From assembly GCA_043812655.1 (NCBI GenBank), contig JBDRLW010000001.1, forward strand, positions 1-45,492: a stretch of 45,492 nt of DNA, read 5' to 3'. The DNA comes from a bacterium. GTDB taxonomy: Bacteria > Margulisbacteria > WOR-1 > O2-12-FULL-45-9 > XYB2-FULL-48-7. Positions within the stretch are counted from its first letter, which is position 1. Every line of letters starts with the position of its first letter. The translations under genes and the position numbers were made by a program. Under the pieces are notes generated by a model that saw nothing but the letters and a program-made list of their open reading frames with translations, was not told the DNA's origin and ran no database searches. Of this stretch, positions 8,994-17,009 are shown piece after piece.

Positions 8994-9132
8994 CCTATAC
9001 CCTCCAACCATTCACCAAGATTGATTATACGAAATTTCCTGATGTAAAGCAAAATATGTTTTTTATTGACGCTAAGAATTTGAGCGACATTTAGTTAGGA
9101 ACCTGGTTGATTTAAGATGGTTTGAGTTGATT

Positions 9133-9151
9133 TAGTTAGACAATCGTTAGA
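9133..9151 (+). repeat. Putative integrase arm-type site TAGTTAGACAATCGTTAGA
   Basis: Exact 19-nt copy at 15166-15184; contains tandem GTTAGA; both copies lie inside the element ends. Confidence 0.75.
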
Positions 9152-9185
9152 TGGGAGAAGAGCTGATTTTCCTATCACATATGTT

Positions 9186-9857
9186 TTAGGGAGATGAGTA
9201 TTTCGTCTTGGCAAAGTCTATTATTCCAATGCACACAACTTTATTAGTTGTTTTACTAATTGCTCCATACACATTGTTAGAATAAAACCATAATTCATTT
9301 TGCCCATTGCTGGACTCAGCTGTTGCCGTCGGAGTTCCCCAAAGGTTTAGAGCTATAGATTTAAGATCCCCATTGGAAACACCAAGAACATTTCCAGAAT
9401 TTGTATTATTAAAGATAAAAATAGTTTTATACTCCCCTCCCTCATCAACAAATGCAACCCCATAGGTTAAAAAGATCGTATATAAATAGGTGTACCCCAA
9501 AATACTTGTGGATCCCTTTATAGTTGAACTCGCCTCAATTGATGTAGTAAAAGGATTGCCTAAAACACTTTTAACCTGTGTTATGTTGTTCCCAAGTGAG
9601 ACCCCTAAATAAGAAGTATAAACCGATGTAGGCGCTAATGTAGTCGTGGTAACAGGGATTGTAGTGGTGGTTGTTGTAGTGGAGCCACCCCCAAGCGTCG
9701 TGGTAGTGGTCGTCGTCGTCGTTGTGGTGGTGGTTTCAATACTAAAATTAGGTAAGGTCGTTGTGCTGGTTGTTGAAGGATTGTTGTTTGTTGCACATCC
9801 AACCAGCATAATCAAGGATAAAAACAGTATCATAAACAGTATCTTTCTTATATTAAT
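9186..9857 (-). CDS. Lipoprotein with a Thr-rich stalk and duplicated G(V/L)xLG...V...GxP domain
   Basis: Lipobox LVGC, poly-Thr tracts, GVSLGNNITQVKSVLGNP and GVSNGDLKSIALNLWGTP. The ORF-track start is ATG 9833; ATT 9857 fits the RBS better. Confidence 0.75.
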   Translation of the reverse strand: MNIRKILFMILFLSLIMLVGCATNNNPSTTSTTTLPNFSIETTTTTTTTTTTTTLGGGSTTTTTTTIPVTTTTLAPTSVYTSYLGVSLGNNITQVKSVLGNPFTTSIEASSTIKGSTSILGYTYLYTIFLTYGVAFVDEGGEYKTIFIFNNTNSGNVLGVSNGDLKSIALNLWGTPTATAESSNGQNELWFYSNNVYGAISKTTNKVVCIGIIDFAKTKYSSP

Positions 9858-10032
9858 ATTTTAGCCCCCTATTTGACACTAGTCTTCTCCACTTCTCCTC
9901 TATATCTAATCATTTTCAAAATAATTTCAAGGGAAACGAGATTAAAATAGAGGTTAAAAGTCTTCACTGGTTTAAATGAGACAATTCATTTAATGGTTAA
10001 ATCAATAATAGAACCCATATTGCGATTTGTTA

Positions 10033-10578
10033 TCAATAAACATAAAGTGTGCCATCTAAAACATATAGTGCAACAACCTTACTTAACCAAGCAGAAGAAG
10101 TTGAAATTTTATATGCAATATTTCTGCTATTATAAACCCATAATTCTCCAGTTGGATAACCCGTCATAATTGTTTTGCATTCGGGAGTCCCATACCTACT
10201 CGTGACTTCACCTGATAGATCTAAAAAATTAATGCTCAAGAGAGAATCTCCAATTCTATTTTGTCCAATTAAAATTAGTTTTCCTGTCGATGTTAAAAAT
10301 GTTGCCGCCCTATTCGTTCTCGTTGTTGAGCCTTCTTGAGTCGTCCAAGAATAATTAGTCTGCAACCCACTTACACTAGTTGAGCTCGGGGTTCCCCAAG
10401 CAGACGTTACTTGGCTAGTAGTCATACCTAATGTTAGCCCACCAAATGATGTTTCTTTTGGAATAGTTGTAGTTGTTGTTGAGGTTGTCGTAGTTGTCAT
10501 TTGAGCAGTTTGACATCCACTTGTAATAATAAGCAGTAAAAAGAAAAGAGAAGAAGCAATAATTGCAGTTTTCTTCAT
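10033..10578 (-). CDS. Lipoprotein with a Thr-rich stalk, similar in architecture to 9186-9857
   Basis: MKK signal, lipobox TSGC, poly-Thr, GLTLGMTTSQVTSAWGTP and VTSRYGTP; GGGGGAG RBS. Confidence 0.8.
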   Translation of the reverse strand: MKKTAIIASSLFFLLLIITSGCQTAQMTTTTTSTTTTTIPKETSFGGLTLGMTTSQVTSAWGTPSSTSVSGLQTNYSWTTQEGSTTRTNRAATFLTSTGKLILIGQNRIGDSLLSINFLDLSGEVTSRYGTPECKTIMTGYPTGELWVYNSRNIAYKISTSSAWLSKVVALYVLDGTLYVY

Positions 10579-10652
10579 TTTTATTCACTCCCCCTTATAG
10601 GATACTATCGGTTGTTTACCTAATATTAACACGCGGATACGATAGTGTCTAT

Positions 10653-10904
10653 ATGAAAGCGCAATCCTTTCCTAAGCCAAACAAAAAGCTACTCATTTCT
10701 CTTGGTAAAGAAATAAGTGGGAGGCGCAAAGCCAAAAGACTAACGGTTGAAGAATTTGCTGAGTTATGTGATCTGCATAGTAAGTACATTCAGACGATTG
10801 AAGCAGGAAAAAGAAACATCTCTATCACGGTCTTTTTAAGATTGTCGAACGCCTTGAGGATATCACCTCTTAAATTACTTAAAAGCGTCTTGTCTAACGG
10901 CTAA
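10653..10904 (+). CDS. XRE-family HTH regulator
   Basis: LGKEISGRRKAKRLTVEEFAELCDLHSKYIQTIEAGKRNISI. Start moved to ATG 10653. Confidence 0.88.
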   Translation: MKAQSFPKPNKKLLISLGKEISGRRKAKRLTVEEFAELCDLHSKYIQTIEAGKRNISITVFLRLSNALRISPLKLLKSVLSNG

Positions 10905-10937
10905 GCTTGTCTTCGCCTCACTACGGGACAGCAGTAG

Positions 10938-10966
10938 TTGACGCAATGATTAACAATTGTTATAAT
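10938..10966 (+). promoter_or_regulatory. Sigma-70 promoter of the element's replication/packaging operon
   Basis: TTGACG-N17-TATAAT. Confidence 0.8.
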
Positions 10967-11038
10967 TCTTCCAGACCAGTAAATATTTAATTGAATCCAG
11001 GGGAGACTAGTACCCCTGTCCGCATCGGACGAGGAAAT

Positions 11039-11093
11039 AGCCGATTTATCTAAACAGAAATAATTGTTTGGGTAAATCGGTTTTTTTGTTTTT
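11039..11093 (+). terminator. Intrinsic terminator/attenuator in the operon leader
   Basis: AGCCGATTTATCTAAACA / TGTTTGGGTAAATCGGTT stem followed by a T-tract, upstream of the first RBS. Confidence 0.75.
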
Positions 11094-11105
11094 AAGGGGA
11101 CAAAC

Positions 11106-11360
11106 ATGAATGAATATTTAACAAGAGATTTACATGAAGCGGCGTTTTTATGTGCTACAAAACAAGTTCTTCTTCGTCTTGAAGATGAAGGCAAGTTTTA
11201 TTCTTTCGTATTTTCAAACAAACAATCGTGCAAATCCCTATCTGATGACTTCTGGTTTGGCAAGGCAACGATCAATGCTAAGGTTTTTGTTGATGCACTT
11301 AACTTTTTAAAAGATTTACTCTTTTCTCAACGAAATAAAAAGGATCTTACTAATGCCTAA
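11106..11360 (+). CDS. DUF5659-like small phage/element protein
   Basis: YLTRDLHEAAFL...FSFVF-type pattern recalled for this family; AAGGGGA RBS. Confidence 0.6.
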   Translation: MNEYLTRDLHEAAFLCATKQVLLRLEDEGKFYSFVFSNKQSCKSLSDDFWFGKATINAKVFVDALNFLKDLLFSQRNKKDLTNA

Positions 11361-11574
11361 TATTGTTGGCTATCGATGTTCTCGTTGTGCGGAAATAACA
11401 GCTTGCCATGAAGTTAGTTATGAAGAAAAACATGCGGGTGATTGGGAAGAAAGATTGGCCTGCTTATGTGAATATGATCTGAAACAATTGCGAATCAGGG
11501 AAAGTTTTTATGGTGATGTTTGTATAATCAGCGTCAATCCCCTTCCTAAAATTATGTCGGTATGGGTAAACTGA
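11353..11574 (+). CDS. Small Cys-containing hypothetical protein
   Basis: CSRC...C...CLC; overlaps both neighbours as in a coupled operon. Confidence 0.55.
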   Translation: MPNIVGYRCSRCAEITACHEVSYEEKHAGDWEERLACLCEYDLKQLRIRESFYGDVCIISVNPLPKIMSVWVN

Positions 11575-12725
11575 AAATGAAAGATTTTTTTCTTGATTAT
11601 TTGAAGTTTGCAAACGAAATAACCGATGCACCAGATGAGTTTCATCTATTTGTTAGCTATGTAATTGCCGCAACAGTTATTGGGAAAAATGTATACTTCC
11701 GTTTTGGTGATAACATTATTTTTCCAAATTTATGGCTGGTTTTGATTGCCCCTAGTTCGAGCTACCGAAAATCAACAGCCCTGGGGATTGGAGCTGGACT
11801 TCTAAGAAAGGTTGATCCAAATCTTGTTTATCCGGCTGAATTTACTCAAGAACGAATATTAGAAGTATTACAAAACAACTCTGTAGGCACCTTCTTATTC
11901 TTTGAGTTTAAATCAATGATTAATCAAATGATGAAAGACTATAATGCAGGGCTTAAAAGCTTCTTTGTTGAGATCTATGACTGCCCCGAGCTTTACTGTA
12001 GAACAACAAAAGCAGGCAGTTATACGTTGGAGAGGCCTTGTCCGTCGATTTTAAGCGCCACTACCCTTGATTGGTTGGTTGTCTCCGCTTCAAATAAAGA
12101 AGACCTTCAAAGCGGTTTTTTTGCAAGATTCTTATTCGTTCCTGTGACTAGCAAGCAAAAAGACCTTCCAATCCCTCCCCCAGCTGACCTAGAGAAAAAA
12201 GAAAGCCTTATCGCTGGCTTGAAAGAAATGAGAGGGATAAATGGCGAGATGAAATTAAGTACTGAAGCTAAAAGAGAATTCGAGGAGTTTTATAAAAAAC
12301 ATTCTGCAGTTAAAAAAGCTAGTGAATTTGCAGGGATATATTCAAGGCTCCAGACTTATACATTAAAGTTCGCAATGATTCATTCGGTAGTAATAGCTGA
12401 TACGTTGACCATTCAAGAACCATCCATGAGGGAAGCCATCAATCTTGTTAATTGGTTGTCAAATCAGTTGGACGATTTACTTGATAGGGACATAAGTACC
12501 TCAAAATATGATGCCAATAAGAAAAAAATACTTAAATTAATCAGGGATGGTAAGTATAAAAGAACCGATTTACTTAATTATGGCAATATGCCAAAGAGAG
12601 AGCTCGATGACGTATTGGGGACATTGATTGAAGGCCAGATTTTATCAGTATCAATGGAAAATATTCAAGGCTCGTCAAAGAAAACTACCATGTACAACAT
12701 TATAAATAATAAGAATATTAAGTAA
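11562..12725 (+). CDS. DUF3987/YfjI-like putative replication protein with a degenerate P-loop
   Basis: FPNLWLVLIAPSSSYRKSTAL, PSILSATT, SGFFARFLFV and a C-terminal wHTH-like region. Confidence 0.75.
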   Translation: MGKLKMKDFFLDYLKFANEITDAPDEFHLFVSYVIAATVIGKNVYFRFGDNIIFPNLWLVLIAPSSSYRKSTALGIGAGLLRKVDPNLVYPAEFTQERILEVLQNNSVGTFLFFEFKSMINQMMKDYNAGLKSFFVEIYDCPELYCRTTKAGSYTLERPCPSILSATTLDWLVVSASNKEDLQSGFFARFLFVPVTSKQKDLPIPPPADLEKKESLIAGLKEMRGINGEMKLSTEAKREFEEFYKKHSAVKKASEFAGIYSRLQTYTLKFAMIHSVVIADTLTIQEPSMREAINLVNWLSNQLDDLLDRDISTSKYDANKKKILKLIRDGKYKRTDLLNYGNMPKRELDDVLGTLIEGQILSVSMENIQGSSKKTTMYNIINNKNIK

Positions 12726-12823
12726 ATAAGTAATTAAGAAGGAGACAGTAGTTAAAGAGGGAAGCCCCTTACAGACTGCCCCCTCTAAAAAAAGTTACTT
12801 AATTACTTAATGGAGGGTTAATT

Positions 12824-13267
12824 ATGCCAAAAGTAAGATCTGATGATGGGTTGTCATTCAAAGAGCGAGCATTTGCGAAGGAATTCTCAAAATCACTGAA
12901 TGCTACGCAATCTGCCAAGAAGGTGTATAAGGTTGGCAATAGCCACAGTGCGAACGTGCTGGGCTCGAAGGTACTAAAAAGGTTGGTAAAAGTTGGTGGT
13001 TCTCAAGGAATTAGTGGTTTTACCGAGGTTTTAAAAGAAAAATTAACGCCCGACTGGATATTAGGAAACTTGGTTAAATTAGCAGGAAATTCCCGAAGAG
13101 ATGCTGACAAAATAAGGGCGCTAGAGCTATTGGGCAAGTTTAGCGAGTTATCGTTATGGCGAGATTATCAAGTGCAGGAAGAAATTCAATACACCCCTGA
13201 AACAGAGGCAGATTTGGATGCTGAGTATATGAAGCTAATAGAAGAAAAAAAATCGATAAAACAATAA
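12824..13267 (+). CDS. Terminase small subunit-like protein
   Basis: LSFKERAFAKEFSKSLNATQSAKKVY...SANVLGSKVL N-terminal HTH and DKIRALELLGK, typical of G1P-type TerS. Confidence 0.75.
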   Translation: MPKVRSDDGLSFKERAFAKEFSKSLNATQSAKKVYKVGNSHSANVLGSKVLKRLVKVGGSQGISGFTEVLKEKLTPDWILGNLVKLAGNSRRDADKIRALELLGKFSELSLWRDYQVQEEIQYTPETEADLDAEYMKLIEEKKSIKQ

Positions 13268-13295
13268 ATGACAAGTTAATAAATTATTAATTGTA

Positions 13296-13496
13296 ATGGA
13301 AGAAAAAATCTTAAATAAAGAAGAGCTTGCTGATTTCTTAAGAGTGCCACTTAAAACGGTAAATTATTTGCTTTATTCAAAGCAGGTTCCACGATTTCGT
13401 TGCGGCAGGGAATACCGCTTTTTGATGTCCGAGATAATGCGCTGGATAAGAGGCAGAATGGATGGAAAATGGTCAACATTGTTAGACAATAGCTAG
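13296..13496 (+). CDS. Excisionase-like HTH_17 protein
   Basis: ILNKEELADFLRVPLKTV...VPRFRCGREYRF...IMRWI. Confidence 0.85.
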   Translation: MEEKILNKEELADFLRVPLKTVNYLLYSKQVPRFRCGREYRFLMSEIMRWIRGRMDGKWSTLLDNS

Positions 13497-13720
13497 AAAG
13501 TAAAACATGATAGATATAATTTGGCTAATTTTACGCGAATTAATAGAAGGGATAAAACGGTTTAGATAACCGATGGGTATACAAAGGTATCCGTCAATAG
13601 GAGGACAAAGACTAAATGGCCGGTGGGGAGGGAACCCCCAAACCATACACAAAATACACCTACCCTATCCGCCCGCAAATTTTTATGGGTTTTTCAAATT
13701 CAGAAATTTTGGAGGGAAAA

Positions 13721-13930
13721 CTATTTTATAAGTTCTTCGATCCGAACTTTGAGGGCTTTTGCGATTGAATGAATGGTGGAAAGCCGGGGCTCTTTACGCT
13801 CTTTGGCATAAAGGATATTTTGGAGGGTGGAAAGCGAAATGTTTGCTTTTCTGGCGAGAGCCGAAAAAGTTAGCTTATTTTGCTTGCAATATTTGGCGAT
13901 ATTCTTGGCTGTCGTAGCGTGATAGTCCAT
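13721..13930 (-). CDS. XRE-family HTH repressor divergent from the integrase
   Basis: LTFSALARKANISLSTLQNI...EPRLSTIHSIAKALKVRIEELI. Start moved to ATG 13930. Confidence 0.88.
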   Translation of the reverse strand: MDYHATTAKNIAKYCKQNKLTFSALARKANISLSTLQNILYAKERKEPRLSTIHSIAKALKVRIEELIK

Positions 13931-13937
13931 TGGGCTT

Positions 13938-13987
13938 ATTATAGCAATATACTCCCACTTGACTATACTCCCAACTGGGCGTAGTAT
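13938..13987. promoter_or_regulatory. Divergent promoters with a candidate operator
   Basis: TTGACT-N17-TAGTAT on + (13959-13987); TGCTATAAT on -; TATACTCCCA twice; imperfect palindrome at 13966-13983. Confidence 0.65.
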
Positions 13988-14075
13988 GTTTATCAATAAT
14001 TGTTAGGGCTGTAGAACCATAATCGGGCGGGCTTAACCTAACAGTTTTCCCGCCCTTATTTTATGGAGGTAAAAA

Positions 14076-15263
14076 ATGGATGATTATTCGGCGAGGATAT
14101 GGGAAACAGAAAAAAACGGGATACTTTATGCCCTGTTTAGGCTAAACGGCAAACTCAAGTGGGTTAAAATTGGCGAGAAGCGGTTTTTATCACGGGAGGT
14201 AATAAACAAAAAGAAAAAAGAGATCATGGAGAAACTGGCAAGGGGAGAATATATTGATAAAAAGATTTACTTTGAGAAGATGGCAGAGGAATTTCTTAAC
14301 TACACGAAAGAAAATCGAACAGAAAGAACCCACGAAACTATCATTGGTCATATTAAAAAGCACTTGCGATATTTCCGGGGATATCTTTTAACAAAAATTA
14401 ACCTGGCCTTGATTGAAGGCTACGTTGAACATCGGAGAAGGGAAAACCCTGAACTATCCGACAAAACCGTTATAAACGAGCTTTTTACCCTATCTGCGGT
14501 CTTTAAGCGGGCGATTAGACTAGGCTACCTTAAAGAGAACCCAGTCAAGAACCTCGAAATGCCAAAATATACCCGCCCGGAAATGAAATGCTTCACACCA
14601 AAAGAAATGGAGCTGATCTTTGCAAATTGCAGTAAATACTTGCGCCCGATCCTCATGTTAGGGATAACAACAGGATTGCGCCATTCTGAAATCTGCAATA
14701 TTAAATGGGATAATGTAGACCTTGAGGCGGGGATAATCAAAATTGTGTGTGATGAGACCTTCAAGACCAAAAACAAAAAGAATAAGCTAGCAATAATTGT
14801 CCCACAGTTAAGAGGAGAGCTTGAATACTTGAAAGAATGCTGGGTTGATTACATGAACGATAATATAATGCCCCGGCAACCGCACCAGATGGTTTACGTT
14901 TTTTGCCATAATAACGGTAGACCGATTAAGTCTTTTGCCCAGTCATTTGAGAAGCTGATGAAGAAGCTCTGTATAGAAAAAGCGTCCCCTCACACCATGA
15001 GACATACCTTCATTACCTACCACGAACGCTTTGGCGATCCCTACCTAACGCAGAAGATGGCAGGACACAGCGACCAGAGGCAAACACAGGGGTATTATCA
15101 TGTCCAGTTAGAAAGAATGAAAGAGAGCATGGAACCGATAAAAACCTTAATAAATTCGTGCGTGATAGTTAGACAATCGTTAGAAAACACCCCTACCCCG
15201 ACGGTTTATTCGTTAGAAAAAGTTAATCAAGAGAGTCCAAATAACTCCATTTTGTCGTCATAA
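14076..15263 (+). CDS. Tyrosine recombinase (phage-type integrase)
   Basis: TGLRHSE, HTMRHTF and AGHSDQRQTQGYYH catalytic motifs; GGAGG RBS; ends next to the tRNA. Confidence 0.96.
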   Translation: MDDYSARIWETEKNGILYALFRLNGKLKWVKIGEKRFLSREVINKKKKEIMEKLARGEYIDKKIYFEKMAEEFLNYTKENRTERTHETIIGHIKKHLRYFRGYLLTKINLALIEGYVEHRRRENPELSDKTVINELFTLSAVFKRAIRLGYLKENPVKNLEMPKYTRPEMKCFTPKEMELIFANCSKYLRPILMLGITTGLRHSEICNIKWDNVDLEAGIIKIVCDETFKTKNKKNKLAIIVPQLRGELEYLKECWVDYMNDNIMPRQPHQMVYVFCHNNGRPIKSFAQSFEKLMKKLCIEKASPHTMRHTFITYHERFGDPYLTQKMAGHSDQRQTQGYYHVQLERMKESMEPIKTLINSCVIVRQSLENTPTPTVYSLEKVNQESPNNSILSS

Positions 15264-15270
15264 AAAGAAA

Positions 15271-15357
15271 CGGAGGAGGAGAGATTCGAACTCTCGCGCC
15301 GCTTTCGCGACCTAACGGTTTAGCAAACCGCCCCCTTAACCACTTGGGTACTCCTCC
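15271..15357 (-). tRNA. tRNA-Ser(GCT), integration target
   Basis: Anticodon arm GCGGT-TTGCTAA-ACCGT with a long variable arm. Confidence 0.95.
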
Positions 15358-15368
15358 GCATATTATTA

Positions 15369-16946
15369 TTATTTCTGTGAGATCAGCTTTTCAATCTGCT
15401 TTTTTACCGGCGGCGTTTTGGAGATTATTTCTGCCGCTTCAGCTCGGGTTACTTTAATCTCGGGGCCAAACCCCTTCCCAACAATATAAGCAAACAGGCC
15501 CAGATTTTTGGTGGCAGAGATTGCCGGCGCCGCCCAATATTTTTTGGGTACATCAGGATACGGGTTGTGGCTCAATTTTGGTTTAACGTAAGCCCCGCAA
15601 AATCTGGCCATTACCACGGCCATTTCCCCTCTGGTCACTATTTTATTCGGTGCTCCGCCGTTTAAATATTTTGCCGCGACCGGCCCTTTGGCGTTTTTCA
15701 TGATCACCAACAATTCGCCCCTAGTTATCTCCTGGTTCGGCTTAAAACTTTTGTCGGCAAAACCGGGCATTACCTTCAAAGTTGCCAAGTACTCGATCGG
15801 TTTTTTTGCCCAGTAATCATCGGGTACATCATAAAACGTCTTTACTTCAGGTTTAGCAATGATCTCGGGGACAGGGATGACCGGTTTCTTTTTTTCGAGT
15901 TTAGCTTTGGCTCTTTCCTTTACCCTATCTTCGCCTTTATAGCCGATCGAAAAAAAGTTGGTCGTATTCCCAGCTAGGTCACCATATTGGTGATAAGCGT
16001 AATCAAAAGTAAACCCATTGACCACAAAACCAACGCCAGCCGTCAGGTTATTATCAACACCAACTCCGCTCTCTCCCGCGCGAGGTTTCTGGTCTACACC
16101 GCAGCGAAGCACTAACATCTCAAGTGGAGAGTATTCCAAGCCAAGATGAAAAACCGACGGCCGGTTTAATCCCCCGTTATTATCATAATCAACCATTAAC
16201 TCCAAGCTTTTATCTGGATCTTGGCGCAAACCGGTCACGCCGATCAGTTTTATTCGGCTGCCAAGTTTTGTCACCATCGGGATCCCCTCTATAACTGAAT
16301 TTTTTTGCCAGGTAAACTTACCGCCAAAAGTAGCCGGTAAAAAGTTTTGGAAATTAACTCCTAAATTAAGCCAGCGATTGGCCTCCCAAAGAAGCCCAAG
16401 ATCGGCATCCATTCCCCTGCCAGTAGCGTCTTGCATGGCTGTTCCGCCGCCGGAAAAGCCTTGCAAGAAAAATTTTAGATCCAGCCCAAGAGAGATATTA
16501 TCACCGGCTTTATTCCGTAAAAAGCGGCTAAGTTTTGAGCCGTAAGCTAGGGAGATTAAACTAGAGTTATAACTTGTCGTCCCGGTCTGCACCGCTTCAA
16601 GTGTAGAGCCAGAGCCAGTCAAACTCATGATCGGAATATCCCCTACCCCGGCATTAACCACACCCAGCCCAAGTTTGCCGAACGGAAAGTTTTCGGCCGC
16701 GCCAAACATAACATAATTGATCTCACCCAAGAGCGTGCCGCTCATGCTGGTAAAATTTCGTTCCTTATTTTGGGCCAGACCAGCCGGATTGGTAAAGATC
16801 GCGCTGGCATCATCGGCTAAAGCTAAAAAAGCTTTACCCATGCCAAGCGGTCTCGCGCCAACACCAATTTCGCTCAAATCAAGCGCCGCCATCGCTCCTT
16901 GGGTAAGAAGCATGGCAGCCAAAACTGCCCAGGCAATATATTTCAT
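15369..16946 (-). CDS. PorV/UPF0164-like outer-membrane barrel protein with C-terminal SLH domains
   Basis: GVGARPLGMGKAF...DDASAIFTNPAGL, FDYAY, then FYDVPDDYWA and YPDVPKKYWA SLH motifs. Confidence 0.8.
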   Translation of the reverse strand: MKYIAWAVLAAMLLTQGAMAALDLSEIGVGARPLGMGKAFLALADDASAIFTNPAGLAQNKERNFTSMSGTLLGEINYVMFGAAENFPFGKLGLGVVNAGVGDIPIMSLTGSGSTLEAVQTGTTSYNSSLISLAYGSKLSRFLRNKAGDNISLGLDLKFFLQGFSGGGTAMQDATGRGMDADLGLLWEANRWLNLGVNFQNFLPATFGGKFTWQKNSVIEGIPMVTKLGSRIKLIGVTGLRQDPDKSLELMVDYDNNGGLNRPSVFHLGLEYSPLEMLVLRCGVDQKPRAGESGVGVDNNLTAGVGFVVNGFTFDYAYHQYGDLAGNTTNFFSIGYKGEDRVKERAKAKLEKKKPVIPVPEIIAKPEVKTFYDVPDDYWAKKPIEYLATLKVMPGFADKSFKPNQEITRGELLVIMKNAKGPVAAKYLNGGAPNKIVTRGEMAVVMARFCGAYVKPKLSHNPYPDVPKKYWAAPAISATKNLGLFAYIVGKGFGPEIKVTRAEAAEIISKTPPVKKQIEKLISQK

Positions 16947-17009
16947 CGTTAAAAGTATTATCGCTTGTTACAATTTTCATGTCAACTTCTATTATGTTAC
17001 AATTAATGA

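Larger units (their letters stand above)
8935..15329. mobile_element. Integrated ~6.3 kb phage-satellite (PICI-like) element in tRNA-Ser(GCT)
   Basis: Flanking tRNA direct repeats, tyrosine integrase, excisionase-like HTH, two XRE HTH genes, DUF3987-like protein and TerS-like protein; no capsid, tail or conjugation genes seen. Confidence 0.88.

Noticed and set aside
9646..9864. Val-rich + strand ORF
   Set aside because: Antisense reading of the poly-Thr codons of the lipoprotein.
10600..10635. CCGATAG box upstream of the 10578 lipoprotein as a fifth sigma-28-like promoter
   Set aside because: No TGAAAT/GAAA box at the required spacing.
10990..11040. Possible hammerhead ribozyme in the satellite leader (stems plus GAAA)
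   Set aside because: The CTGANGA core is absent.
10901..11194. 97-aa - strand ORF
   Set aside because: Overlaps the promoter, terminator and DUF5659-like gene on the other strand; no recognisable features.
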